A program made the translations under genes and the position numbers. From Promethearchaeota archaeon (GTDB lineage Archaea; Asgardarchaeota; Lokiarchaeia; Sigyniarchaeales; SOKP01): a DNA stretch of 14,843 nt. Location of the stretch: NCBI GenBank assembly GCA_048938445.1, contig JBHLME010000112.1:1-14843 (forward strand). The letters run 5' to 3'. Below the pieces are notes generated by a model, which was given only the letters and a program-made list of their open reading frames with translations, did not search any database and was not told the DNA's origin. Below, piece after piece: positions 1 to 8,405 of the stretch (position 1 is the first letter of the stretch; every line of letters starts with the position of its first letter).

Positions 1-2
1 GA

Positions 3-827
3 TTTTTACCAAAATGGGGAGATAATTCTTATTTACTACAACTCCTTGAAATGATGATTCATCGTGAAGGAATTGGTAATATTTTTGCTGATGGCGTGCA
101 GATCGCTTCTGAAAAGATACCGGGTTCAAAAGAATATGCCATTCACGCAAATGGTCAAGAGGTTCCAATGCATGATTCAAGACAGGATCCCACGTTAGCC
201 TTAACCTATATAGCTGATCCAACACCTGGACGACATACAGCTGCCTCACTTTGTATAGATGGAATTGGTGTGAAATACTTTCTTGAGGGATTAGGTACTT
301 TTAAAGTTAATGATGAAAATGATTTGGGAAAATATCAAGCTAAAATAGCGAAATTTAAACAAACAATAGAAGCGACTGGTACATGTATCATTTCTCTCAA
401 TATGGGTGTTTTTCCATATTTAGAAATTATTCAAGCTATGACTGGATGGGATGTTTCAATTGGTGAGTTATTGGACACAGGGCATAGAATCCAAACCCTT
501 CGTCAAATGTTTAATGCTCGTGAGGGGGCAATTCGCCATTATATCCCCCAACGGGCAATTGGTTCCCCTCCTTTAATTAAAGGTCCATTAAAAGATAAAA
601 CTTACGATGTAGAAACTCTTGCTCAAGATTATTACGAAGCAATGGGATATGAGAAAAACGGAGTTCCGAAAAAAGAAACTCTAGAGCTCTTGAACCTAAA
701 TTTTGCTGTGTCAGATTTAGCTATTGCCAAAGGGATACCCGAAACCTTGGAAAATGAATATATAAAATCACAAATTAAAAAAAAATTCAATAAACCTACT
801 AAACTAAAGCCATTAAGCGGGGGTTAG
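3..827 (+). CDS. Aldehyde:ferredoxin oxidoreductase (tungstopterin AOR family), C-terminal part; 5'-truncated by the window edge
   Basis: Frame is open from base 3 (FLPKWGDNSYLLQLLEMMIHREGIGNIFADG). AOR-type motifs: WGD…REG.G..LADG, GQEVPMHDSR, PGRH, TGWD…GHRI..LR.MFN.REG, DYY..MG….G.P..ETL..L.L. Confidence 0.9.
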   Translation, partial: FLPKWGDNSYLLQLLEMMIHREGIGNIFADGVQIASEKIPGSKEYAIHANGQEVPMHDSRQDPTLALTYIADPTPGRHTAASLCIDGIGVKYFLEGLGTFKVNDENDLGKYQAKIAKFKQTIEATGTCIISLNMGVFPYLEIIQAMTGWDVSIGELLDTGHRIQTLRQMFNAREGAIRHYIPQRAIGSPPLIKGPLKDKTYDVETLAQDYYEAMGYEKNGVPKKETLELLNLNFAVSDLAIAKGIPETLENEYIKSQIKKKFNKPTKLKPLSGG

Positions 828-835
828 TTTTTTTA
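828..835 (+). terminator. Oligo-T tract, candidate archaeal intrinsic terminator
   Basis: Run of 8 T directly after the AOR TAG stop. T runs are common in this AT-rich sequence. Confidence 0.4.
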
Positions 836-998
836 TGATTTATTTAAATTATCTTAAATTAATCCGAATCTATAAAATATAAGTTTGTACAGCTAGGGAC
901 TACAAAAAAAACCTATAATTCTTGAAAATCCATTTTAATAATCTTAAATATTTTCCATCTTTTTAAAAAATTAGAGAAAAAAAAATTGGTGTTATCGA

Positions 999-1958
999 AT
1001 TCACGAATTTACTAAGGATCTTCAAGACTCTGGAAGCGCTATAGGGATTGCAATTGACAAGGTAGGGATTGTTAATGTTGAAAAAAAGGTAGAAATCATC
1101 CAAGAAGACAAGCATTATTCATTTTATCCCAAAATTTCCGCTTTAATCTCCCTTCCTGCCCAACAACGTGGAATTCATATGAGTAGAAGCTCTGAAACAA
1201 TTGAAGAAGTGATCAATGAAATTGTTTTTAAACCAGCTTCGACAATTGAAATCGTAGCAGATAGACTAGTGAAAAGACTGCTTGAAAGGCATCCTTATAC
1301 TTCAAATGTTGAAGTTAAATTGAAAGGTAAATTAATCATACAATCAAGGGAAAGTGGAATGAGTCACCGTAGTTATCAAAAAGCTTATGATGTAAGTTCA
1401 TTTGCAAAAGCTAGTAAAATTGAATCAGGAGAAATTGATTTTAATTACTTTATTGGGGCAACAGCAACTGGAATGACATGCTGTCCTTGTGCTCTCGGAA
1501 TGAGTAAAGAATACGCAGAACAGATTATAAATACAAGAAAAGACATTAACATTTCTGAAGATGATATAAAGAAATTACTCAATATTTTACCATTTTCATC
1601 ACATAATCAAAGATCGATGGGTACGATAATCTTACAAATAAAGGATTTGAGTGATCATGAAATTGACGTTTTTGATATCATTGACATCATCGAAGAAAGC
1701 ATGAGCGGGCGAATACAATCTGTATTAAAAAGACCTGAGGAAGCAGAATTAGTGCGGACAGCTCATTTAAAACCACTTTTCGCAGAAGATGTTATTCGTG
1801 AAATGGCAAAAAATTTTATAATCAAGGATTTTAAAAACTTAGAGGAAGATTTTAAAGTTATTTTTAAAATCGAGAGTTTTGAATCTATACATCCTCATAA
1901 TGTCTATTCTGAATTAAAGACAACAATAGGAGAATTGAAAGCTAAAATAAATCTTTAA
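999..1958 (+). CDS. mptA: GTP cyclohydrolase MptA (GCH IV; FolE2/GCYH-IB family). True start lies upstream of the ORF-track Met at 1179, probably ATT at 999
   Basis: Motifs RGIHMSR, GMTCCPCA, SHNQRS, LKRPEE, FAEDVIREM, ESIHPHN. The same frame upstream of 1179 reads DLQDSGSAIGIAIDKVGIVNVEKKV…SLPAQQRGIH, matching the family N-terminus. In-frame stop at 972-974; GGTG at 988-991. Confidence 0.9.
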   Translation: MHEFTKDLQDSGSAIGIAIDKVGIVNVEKKVEIIQEDKHYSFYPKISALISLPAQQRGIHMSRSSETIEEVINEIVFKPASTIEIVADRLVKRLLERHPYTSNVEVKLKGKLIIQSRESGMSHRSYQKAYDVSSFAKASKIESGEIDFNYFIGATATGMTCCPCALGMSKEYAEQIINTRKDINISEDDIKKLLNILPFSSHNQRSMGTIILQIKDLSDHEIDVFDIIDIIEESMSGRIQSVLKRPEEAELVRTAHLKPLFAEDVIREMAKNFIIKDFKNLEEDFKVIFKIESFESIHPHNVYSELKTTIGELKAKINL

Positions 1959-2005
1959 ATCCCTCCTTATGTTTAAATAAATAACCATAATAATTTTGAT
2001 TAATT

Positions 2006-3115
2006 TTAAGTAATATTATTTATTTTAAAATCTTTCAATGATTCTAAGACATTCTCAACAATCAGTCTATTTTTGTCTGCTACATTTATATCCTTAAATT
2101 GATTAAAATCAACACCATTTGGAAAATAACAGCAAACTATTGTATCATGAATGGATTTTTTATCAATAAAAGAACCAGGATCATAACCTACAACTTTAAA
2201 AGAATGTTTTAGTGCGATCTCTTGTGAATTGAGACCTTGTAAGGTTGTGGGAATTCTCCACTCAATTACATTCCAATCGCTATATCTTTTTAATATATCT
2301 TTTAAATTTTGTTGATTTAAATAACCTTGAATTATAATAATAGACTTATAATGATCTTCTTCTATAGAATAGCTGTTAAATGTTAGATTTGAAGATTTAT
2401 GAAGTAATATGGTATCTTTATTCATCCTTCTTATGTTTTCCTTGATGAGATTATAAAATTTTAATATATTTTCATTATCTAAAAGAACTATATTTCTGTC
2501 CCTGAGTTTCCAAAAATTCTTTATTGGAGAAAAATACATCACGACTGATTCAATCCTTCCAGATGTGAAAGATTTTTGGTTACTTGCTTTAAAATTTCTT
2601 TTATCTCCATAATTATTATAGTTAGGAATGAATCCATACGGAATGCATCGAATTTTTTCTGCAAATTTTTGTGAATGTAGATTATTTGCTCTTACATCAG
2701 TATCAAGTCGTATCACATCTTGTAATTTAGGATCTGATAAAAAACTAAGCACGCTTTGGGTTCCTAAAACTCTTGCAATTCCATAATTTTGATATTTATT
2801 TAAAATTACTGTCTTACTTGCACAAACAGATATTTTACTCTTTCTTAACATGACCCCTGTACCAACAATCTCATTTGATTTAATGTTTTCAACAACAAAC
2901 CATGTTTGATTTATATCATTAATTTCATTTATAAGTTGTTCGGGATCATACACTTTTGGATAAAGATAATTCCAACCATAAATATCTTTAAAAATTTCAC
3001 CAATTTGTCCAGCGTCTTCAGGAATTCCATACCTAAAACCGAATTCGAGATCATTTTTAGATTTAAAAGTGAATAGATATTTTTCCTTCTGACTAATAAT
3101 TGTTTGGTTTGACAT
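2006..3115 (-). CDS. GNAT-fold N-acetyltransferase-like protein with a C-terminal domain of unknown function
   Basis: 369 aa ORF. FRYG.PEDA..I..IF…Y, WFVVE…EIVG, acetyl-CoA-binding-like VILNKYQNYGIAR, N..SQKFAEK. Substrate unknown. Confidence 0.65.
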   Translation of the reverse strand: MSNQTIISQKEKYLFTFKSKNDLEFGFRYGIPEDAGQIGEIFKDIYGWNYLYPKVYDPEQLINEINDINQTWFVVENIKSNEIVGTGVMLRKSKISVCASKTVILNKYQNYGIARVLGTQSVLSFLSDPKLQDVIRLDTDVRANNLHSQKFAEKIRCIPYGFIPNYNNYGDKRNFKASNQKSFTSGRIESVVMYFSPIKNFWKLRDRNIVLLDNENILKFYNLIKENIRRMNKDTILLHKSSNLTFNSYSIEEDHYKSIIIIQGYLNQQNLKDILKRYSDWNVIEWRIPTTLQGLNSQEIALKHSFKVVGYDPGSFIDKKSIHDTIVCCYFPNGVDFNQFKDINVADKNRLIVENVLESLKDFKINNIT

Positions 3116-3470
3116 GTAAATTTCACTAAGTAATTAATTTATCACAATATTTTGTCTGTTAATATCCTACTATTTATTATGTAAATAAGTTATTGAATAT
3201 AAATTCAATGTATGAAAAATACATCTTACAATTTAGAGTTAAAAAATCTTTATTTTTTCCCTGAATTATTTGTATTTAAATTTGACAGGAATAATTATAA
3301 ATATGCTTGACAAGTAAAGGAATTTTTTAGATATTTATAATTAATCTAAAATTAATTAAAAAAAAGGGAATTTATTGTTTTTTAGCATACTATTTTTAAC
3401 CTTTTTATACTTGTTAGACAAATATTGAAATTATACTTTTTAATAAAAAATTAGATTTCCATAAATGTGA

Positions 3471-3896
3471 ATGAAAATGGTAGATGAAAAGATTTTAGCA
3501 TCCATATCTAAAATAATTGATGAAGGACCAAAAAATAATGATGATTTCCTTAAAATTTTCGAATATATTAAAGAAATCTCAATTGAAGACGCTAATATTA
3601 AGAAAAAAATTGAAAATCTAGATATTTCGGTACAATTAATCATACCTGACAGCACGGGAAAATTTTGGCTCACTTTTAAAGAGGGAAAAATGGATTATGG
3701 GGTAGGACAAATATATGAACCTAGTTGTACCGCAGAATTACCTACTTCAATATTAGCAAGTTTAATCCAAGGTGAGATAGATGGCCCCTCTGCGTATATG
3801 GCAGGGAAAATAGATTTAAAAGGAAATGTTGCTGATTGGACGGATATAAGGGAAATTTTAATAGAAACTATATCTCTTTTAGATGACCTAATCTGA
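3471..3896 (+). CDS. SCP2 sterol/lipid-binding domain protein
   Basis: Motifs GKFWL.FKEGKMDYGVG, PSCT.EL, GEIDG.SAYMAGKIDLKGN typical of the SCP2 fold. Start could be ATG 3471 or 3477. Confidence 0.85.
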   Translation: MKMVDEKILASISKIIDEGPKNNDDFLKIFEYIKEISIEDANIKKKIENLDISVQLIIPDSTGKFWLTFKEGKMDYGVGQIYEPSCTAELPTSILASLIQGEIDGPSAYMAGKIDLKGNVADWTDIREILIETISLLDDLI

Positions 3897-4037
3897 GCAC
3901 TTATTATTTTTATTTTTTTCTGCCAGAATTAAAATTATTATAAATAAATGATCAAATATTAATCAAGAAATCTTATTTTTATCTCCATATTATTTATAGT
4001 TAATTGTATATGATAATTTTACTAAAGGAAAAAAAGC

Positions 4038-4598
4038 ATGCCTGCTGTAGAAATCAAGTTTGATGATATCTATTTTAACCCAAAAGTTCAAACAATGTGT
4101 ATTTCATCAAACTTACATTGTCCTTTTTACAATCATTCACATTCCTGTCCTCCCGTAGCACCTTATCTAGAAGAGGAGGTCTCAAGCTATAAAAACTTTT
4201 TTCTCATTTATTCTATTTTTGATTTAGAATCCCAAGTAAAGAAGATGAAAGTAAAACATCCTAAAAGAAGTGAATATCGAATAAACCTAGAATTACAAAT
4301 GGAATATACTTTAAATGACGATTTGGAAAAAGAATTTGAGAAATTTTTAGAGGAATATAAAGATGATTACAATGAAAAGTTGCTATTGTATGCTGGTACT
4401 TGCAGGATCTGTTTTAATGAGAAAGATAAGAAGTGCACTTTCGATGACGGTATTCCATGCCGTTATCCGAATAGAATGAGATATTCAATGGAAGCTATTG
4501 GGATTGAAGTAATTAGGACAGTGATTGATTTAAATCTCGACATTGAATATCCTTCGAATAAAAAAGCTTATCGATTTGGCTTAGCTTGCTTTAAATAA
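4038..4598 (+). CDS. DUF2284-family predicted metal-binding protein
   Basis: Cys pattern C…CPFY…SCPP, GTCRIC…C…CRYP..MRYSMEAIGI; AAAGGA upstream of the ATG. Confidence 0.85.
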   Translation: MPAVEIKFDDIYFNPKVQTMCISSNLHCPFYNHSHSCPPVAPYLEEEVSSYKNFFLIYSIFDLESQVKKMKVKHPKRSEYRINLELQMEYTLNDDLEKEFEKFLEEYKDDYNEKLLLYAGTCRICFNEKDKKCTFDDGIPCRYPNRMRYSMEAIGIEVIRTVIDLNLDIEYPSNKKAYRFGLACFK

Positions 4599-4621
4599 GT
4601 GAATTTAATCATTTAATTGTT

Positions 4622-5773
4622 TTATTTAGAAAACATCTTAATCACTTTCATGTATTCTTTTATAGGTATTATCTTCGGATTTCTTATGTATCTAATGGGA
4701 AGAGGAGCATCACATCGAGAGCATAAACTAGAATTTTTTGTCCAATCCTTGAACTCATCGGCATGTGCAGGATATCTACACTCAGGACATATTATGATAC
4801 CTCTACCATTATCCTCCGGATATTTAGGTAATTCGAAACAGAAAATGCATTTAAAATCTTCCTTAGTTAAATTGACTCCTTTTGGTTTTAATTTCGCATA
4901 ATTAGTTTGTGGTTTATTTTTTTGAGTTCTTGGAGTTGCTTTTACTCTAGAAGGTTTTGCTTTAGTTTGCTTTGACCGGTTAGAAGCAGTTGTAGGTCTT
5001 GATGTCCTTCGAGTTGTAGTGCTTTGAGATCTTGATGTTGAAGATCTAGTTCTTGGAGTGGGTACGGTGTTATATTGTTGTCTTCTTGTAACGGGTCTAT
5101 TTTGAGGTCTAACATTTTCATTAATATTCCGTGTACGTGCTGTTATATAATCTTCTGTTATTTGGGGTAATGAAGATCTTTTTCCAAAAATTCCTGGATA
5201 GATCATTAATAATACTATAATAACCAGACTTATTATAAGGATGAGATCAAATGAATAATTAATTGGATTTAATAGAGTTTGAACCTGAGTAAAATAATTA
5301 AAGAAATAAATCCAATACCCTACTATGACAAATATTGTAGAAAATCCAATAAAGAATCCAAATGCTCGAGCACCTACAGATTTTGTTCCGAAATAAACTG
5401 AAATGTATTTTCTAAACATGTAATATAACGAGAAGAGGCTATAAAGTAAGTAAGGAAAACCAAAAAGAATACTCCACAAATTTAGAGATACATTTGAAGC
5501 TCCTAATAGGTTAACTCCTAATAATCCCGTATAATTACTCCAAACAGTAAATAATATACCTATAAATAATGGAAGAAGTATAAAAAAAGCCGTGTTATGG
5601 GGTGAATGATATTCACGATGTTGTTTTATTTTTTTAAAAAACTTAAGAGTAAATATAATCCAGATCCCGATCATGATCCATGAGATTAAGATATTAAAAG
5701 AGGATGCAATAAAAACTCCGTGGATAATCCCTATGATTAAACTTATTATTAAAATAATTACATTCCACATCAA
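4622..5773 (-). CDS. Multi-pass (about 6 TM) membrane protein with a basic S/T/R-rich linker and a C-terminal variant RING finger; putative membrane E3 ligase
   Basis: Six hydrophobic segments in the first ~195 aa, then a low-complexity linker, then C309-x2-C-x16-C-x2-C-x4-H-x2-E-x3-W-x6-C-x2-C354. Co-oriented downstream of E2 and JAMM. AGGAGTGA RBS at 5780-5787; start TTG 5773 or ATG 5770. Confidence 0.75.
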   Translation of the reverse strand: MMWNVIILIISLIIGIIHGVFIASSFNILISWIMIGIWIIFTLKFFKKIKQHREYHSPHNTAFFILLPLFIGILFTVWSNYTGLLGVNLLGASNVSLNLWSILFGFPYLLYSLFSLYYMFRKYISVYFGTKSVGARAFGFFIGFSTIFVIVGYWIYFFNYFTQVQTLLNPINYSFDLILIISLVIIVLLMIYPGIFGKRSSLPQITEDYITARTRNINENVRPQNRPVTRRQQYNTVPTPRTRSSTSRSQSTTTRRTSRPTTASNRSKQTKAKPSRVKATPRTQKNKPQTNYAKLKPKGVNLTKEDFKCIFCFELPKYPEDNGRGIIICPECRYPAHADEFKDWTKNSSLCSRCDAPLPIRYIRNPKIIPIKEYMKVIKMFSK

Positions 5774-5896
5774 ATTATTTCACTCCTAGATGTAATAATA
5801 AAAATAAGGATAAAAAAATTTAATGATTATCAATTCTTGTCCAATTTCTATTAATAAATAGAGGCTTTTTTATCATCGAATTAGATTAAAAAGTAA

Positions 5897-6724
5897 TCAG
5901 GAATCCTCATCATATTCCAAATACGCGGCTTTACCTTCAATTATGGGATTCATGAAGTTTAGAATGTCAGGAAGCATGCGGACATCTATAGCACCTCGAA
6001 TATTATAAGGAACTGAAAACCACCTCCTTGTTTGTAAATTTGCTCTATATATTTCAAAACCCAAGGATGTACCGTCAATTTGATAAGGATCAACAACAAG
6101 AGCAACCGCTTTTTTCCAAAGTTTTTGATATCTTGCTTGAGTACCCATATCTTCATTACTCATAAAAAGACCATATGAAGGATGGCTATGGTACCACCCA
6201 CAAATAAATAAATCATTTTTCTTGATATCTTTCCAAGCTTTCACGTAATTTTTATAATCCTTTATTTCAGCATAAACCGCATTACCATGACCCATTGGAT
6301 AAGCATCTTCTACAAGGAGGATAGAATCATTATTTTCTAATTTACCTGCAAGGAGTCCAATTACTTCAACCCATTGAGATCTTGGAATTTTAGAATGGGC
6401 ATATTTCAGTGCATGACTGGCGATCTTTAAAATTGCTTTAACAGTGATTTCTGTCTTCATTTTAGGCTTTTTCTTTTGTATCGGATATTTCTCATAGTCC
6501 GGAGTAATATATTCTTCTTTCTGTTTTTGCTCATGATTAATATATTCTTCAACAATTTGTTCCGCGACTACTTCGGGTTCTTCGGGTTTTTTATATTTTT
6601 TTTTATCCTTTTCTTCTGCTTTCAATTCTTCATATATTTCCTCAAGAAGTTCACGTTTTAGCCTTATTTTTTCCATTTTCTTCTTAATCGCTTCCGCTTC
6701 ATTTAATAAATCATCGTAGCTCAT
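5897..6724 (-). CDS. JAMM/MPN+ (Mov34, Rpn11/CSN5-like) metalloisopeptidase with an N-terminal charged coiled-coil extension
   Basis: Intact JAMM motif: E120 (EVIGLLAG), H179-S-H181-x7-S189-x2-D192 (GWYHSHPSYGLFMSNED), followed by ALVVDP. Confidence 0.95.
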   Translation of the reverse strand: MSYDDLLNEAEAIKKKMEKIRLKRELLEEIYEELKAEEKDKKKYKKPEEPEVVAEQIVEEYINHEQKQKEEYITPDYEKYPIQKKKPKMKTEITVKAILKIASHALKYAHSKIPRSQWVEVIGLLAGKLENNDSILLVEDAYPMGHGNAVYAEIKDYKNYVKAWKDIKKNDLFICGWYHSHPSYGLFMSNEDMGTQARYQKLWKKAVALVVDPYQIDGTSLGFEIYRANLQTRRWFSVPYNIRGAIDVRMLPDILNFMNPIIEGKAAYLEYDEDS

Positions 6725-6732
6725 CTAAAGAT

Positions 6733-6737
6733 TCACC
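6733..6737 (-). promoter_or_regulatory. GGTGA ribosome-binding site for the JAMM gene, overlapping the E2 stop codon (translational coupling)
   Basis: Minus strand reads TGG TGA ATCTTTAG ATG: the E2 stop lies within GGTGA, 8 nt before the JAMM ATG. Confidence 0.6.
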
Positions 6738-7260
6738 ACTTTTTATTAGCATATTTTTTCACGAGATGTTTTACTTTTTTCTCGTAAGTACTTGGATTAT
6801 TAATCATTTCTAATGCTGCTTTTTTGTTAAAAACATCTGTAGGATTGATATATTTACCTCGAGTATTGAACATGGCAATAATTGCTTGAATAACAGTTGT
6901 AATTGTTTTTGATGGGCTCCATCCTCCCTTCTTACCAATCAAGCTAGGATCTACGAGTGCCAAGCAAATATTACGCTGACCTTTATATTCTTGAGGCTTA
7001 GGCCAAAAATTTGGATGCCAAATTGGTGTATGCAGGCGCACAAATGGAGGTTTACTAGGATATTCTGGAGGAAACTGGACTTCAAGACGAAATAATCCTC
7101 CCTGAAATGCCGTACCATTTGGACCTTTTAACGTGATAGCAAGATGGTCTATAGCCTTGCTTTTTGGATTGAATGGCTTTAATTGTTCAATTTTACCATC
7201 CTTTAACATTTTTTTTAATCTCGAAAATTCTTGCGATACTCTACTATTTCTCGCGCTCAT
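6733..7260 (-). CDS. Ubiquitin-conjugating enzyme E2 (UBC fold)
   Basis: GP.GT.FQGG.F.L.V.FP.EYP.KPP.V.L.TPIWHPN, active-site ICL (Cys99), WSPS.TI..V..AI, NP.D.FN..AA. Confidence 0.96.
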   Translation of the reverse strand: MSARNSRVSQEFSRLKKMLKDGKIEQLKPFNPKSKAIDHLAITLKGPNGTAFQGGLFRLEVQFPPEYPSKPPFVRLHTPIWHPNFWPKPQEYKGQRNICLALVDPSLIGKKGGWSPSKTITTVIQAIIAMFNTRGKYINPTDVFNKKAALEMINNPSTYEKKVKHLVKKYANKKW

Positions 7261-7576
7261 AAAATCATATCTATTTTTTTTATTTTAATATAATAATATA
7301 AAGAAATTATTATAAAGTAATTTGGAATAATTTTGAAGTATTTTATAATTGCTTAAATCCAAAAAATAATGATTCTAAAGATATTATTATTGATTAAAGT
7401 CAATGATTTTTTATGTTTTTTTATTGTAATTATCCAATGAGTTAAATTTAGGATAATCCATAATTATATTATTTAATATTAAAATTATATACTTAATCAC
7501 ATATATTAGTTCGATAATCGACTAAGATATGATATTTTCAAATATAATAATTAATTTTTGGGAGATAAAGAAATAT

Positions 7577-7583
7577 GAGGTGA
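7577..7583 (+). promoter_or_regulatory. GAGGTGA Shine-Dalgarno site upstream of the LRR gene
   Basis: Strong archaeal SD match 6 nt before an in-frame ATA at 7590. Confidence 0.55.
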
Positions 7584-7589
7584 ATTACT

Positions 7590-8405
7590 ATAACTGAGGA
7601 GATTATTACCTATAGGAATAGTAAATTGCTAAAATCTGAAGTTGATATAATTAAGGAAATAGAGGAGGAACTTGGAATAGAATCGACATCTAGACCAGAT
7701 GCTTTTGATCTATTCGTCCCTTTACAATTTATTGCTGAAGATTATCGAATAAAGCATATCACTCTACATAAGTATCCATTTTCCTCATTCCCTGAAGCCA
7801 TAACTAAGCTTATTTATCTTGAAACCTTGAATTTTACTTCTACGGAATTAGAAAATCTTCCTAAATCGATTGGATACCTTAAAAATCTTAAAATTTTAGC
7901 GATAGACAATGGTAAATTATCAGATCTTCCCAATTCTTTAAAAAAGATTGATTCGATCACAACCTTAATGCTTCAAAATAATAATTTTACTCACATACCA
8001 GAAGTAATTACCGAATTAGAATCACTTGTATATTTATATCTTTCAGGTAATCAGTTAACATCGCTTCCTGAAAATATAGGGAAGCTTAAATCTCTTAAAG
8101 AATTAAATCTTAGTTGGAATAAACTTTCAAGTCTTCCTTCCTCAATAGGAAATCTTTCTTCACTTGAAAATTTAACTTTATCAAAAAATCAATTATCTGA
8201 GATACCTGATTCAATAGGTAAACTTGCTTCTCTTAAAGAAATATGGATTCATGAAAATATTTTAGAATCTTTACCCGAATCAATAGTAAATATAAAATCC
8301 CTTAAGAGTTTGCAAATAGATGGTAATCCAATTCACGATAAAACAAGTTCTAAAGTCAAGATTATATTAGAGAAACTCAAGAATATGGGTGTTGAGCTCG
8401 ATTAG
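7590..8405 (+). CDS. Leucine-rich repeat protein (about 8-9 repeats of 23 aa); ORF track starts it at TTG 7626, probable start ATA 7590
   Basis: Repeats of LxxLxxLxLxxNxLxxLPxxIGx, e.g. LKSLKELNLSWNKLSSLPSSIGN and LSSLENLTLSKNQLSEIPDSIGK; ends with a GNP cap and a short helix. No catalytic domain visible. Confidence 0.93.
   Translation: MTEEIITYRNSKLLKSEVDIIKEIEEELGIESTSRPDAFDLFVPLQFIAEDYRIKHITLHKYPFSSFPEAITKLIYLETLNFTSTELENLPKSIGYLKNLKILAIDNGKLSDLPNSLKKIDSITTLMLQNNNFTHIPEVITELESLVYLYLSGNQLTSLPENIGKLKSLKELNLSWNKLSSLPSSIGNLSSLENLTLSKNQLSEIPDSIGKLASLKEIWIHENILESLPESIVNIKSLKSLQIDGNPIHDKTSSKVKIILEKLKNMGVELD

Noticed and set aside
884-906. TTTGTA…TACAAA inverted repeat between AOR and mptA
   Set aside because: Only a 6-bp AT-rich stem, expected by chance; no tRNA or riboswitch structure recognisable.
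2929-3126. 65-aa minus-strand ORF
   Set aside because: Alternative frame overlapping the start of the 369-aa GNAT-like gene; no recognisable motif.
3440-3673. 77-aa minus-strand ORF
   Set aside because: Antisense shadow of the SCP2 gene.
4617-4901. 94-aa plus-strand ORF with a hydrophobic start
   Set aside because: Antisense to the RING domain of the membrane E3 candidate, which has the stronger motif evidence.
6476-6661. 61-aa Phe-rich ORF resembling a membrane peptide
   Set aside because: Phe richness is the reverse complement of the K/E-rich JAMM N-terminus.
7575-7583. Selenocysteine readthrough of ATG AGG TGA into the LRR frame
   Set aside because: The TGA is explained by the GAGGTGA SD sequence, no SECIS-like hairpin was recognised, and Sec at residue 3 of an LRR protein has no evident role.
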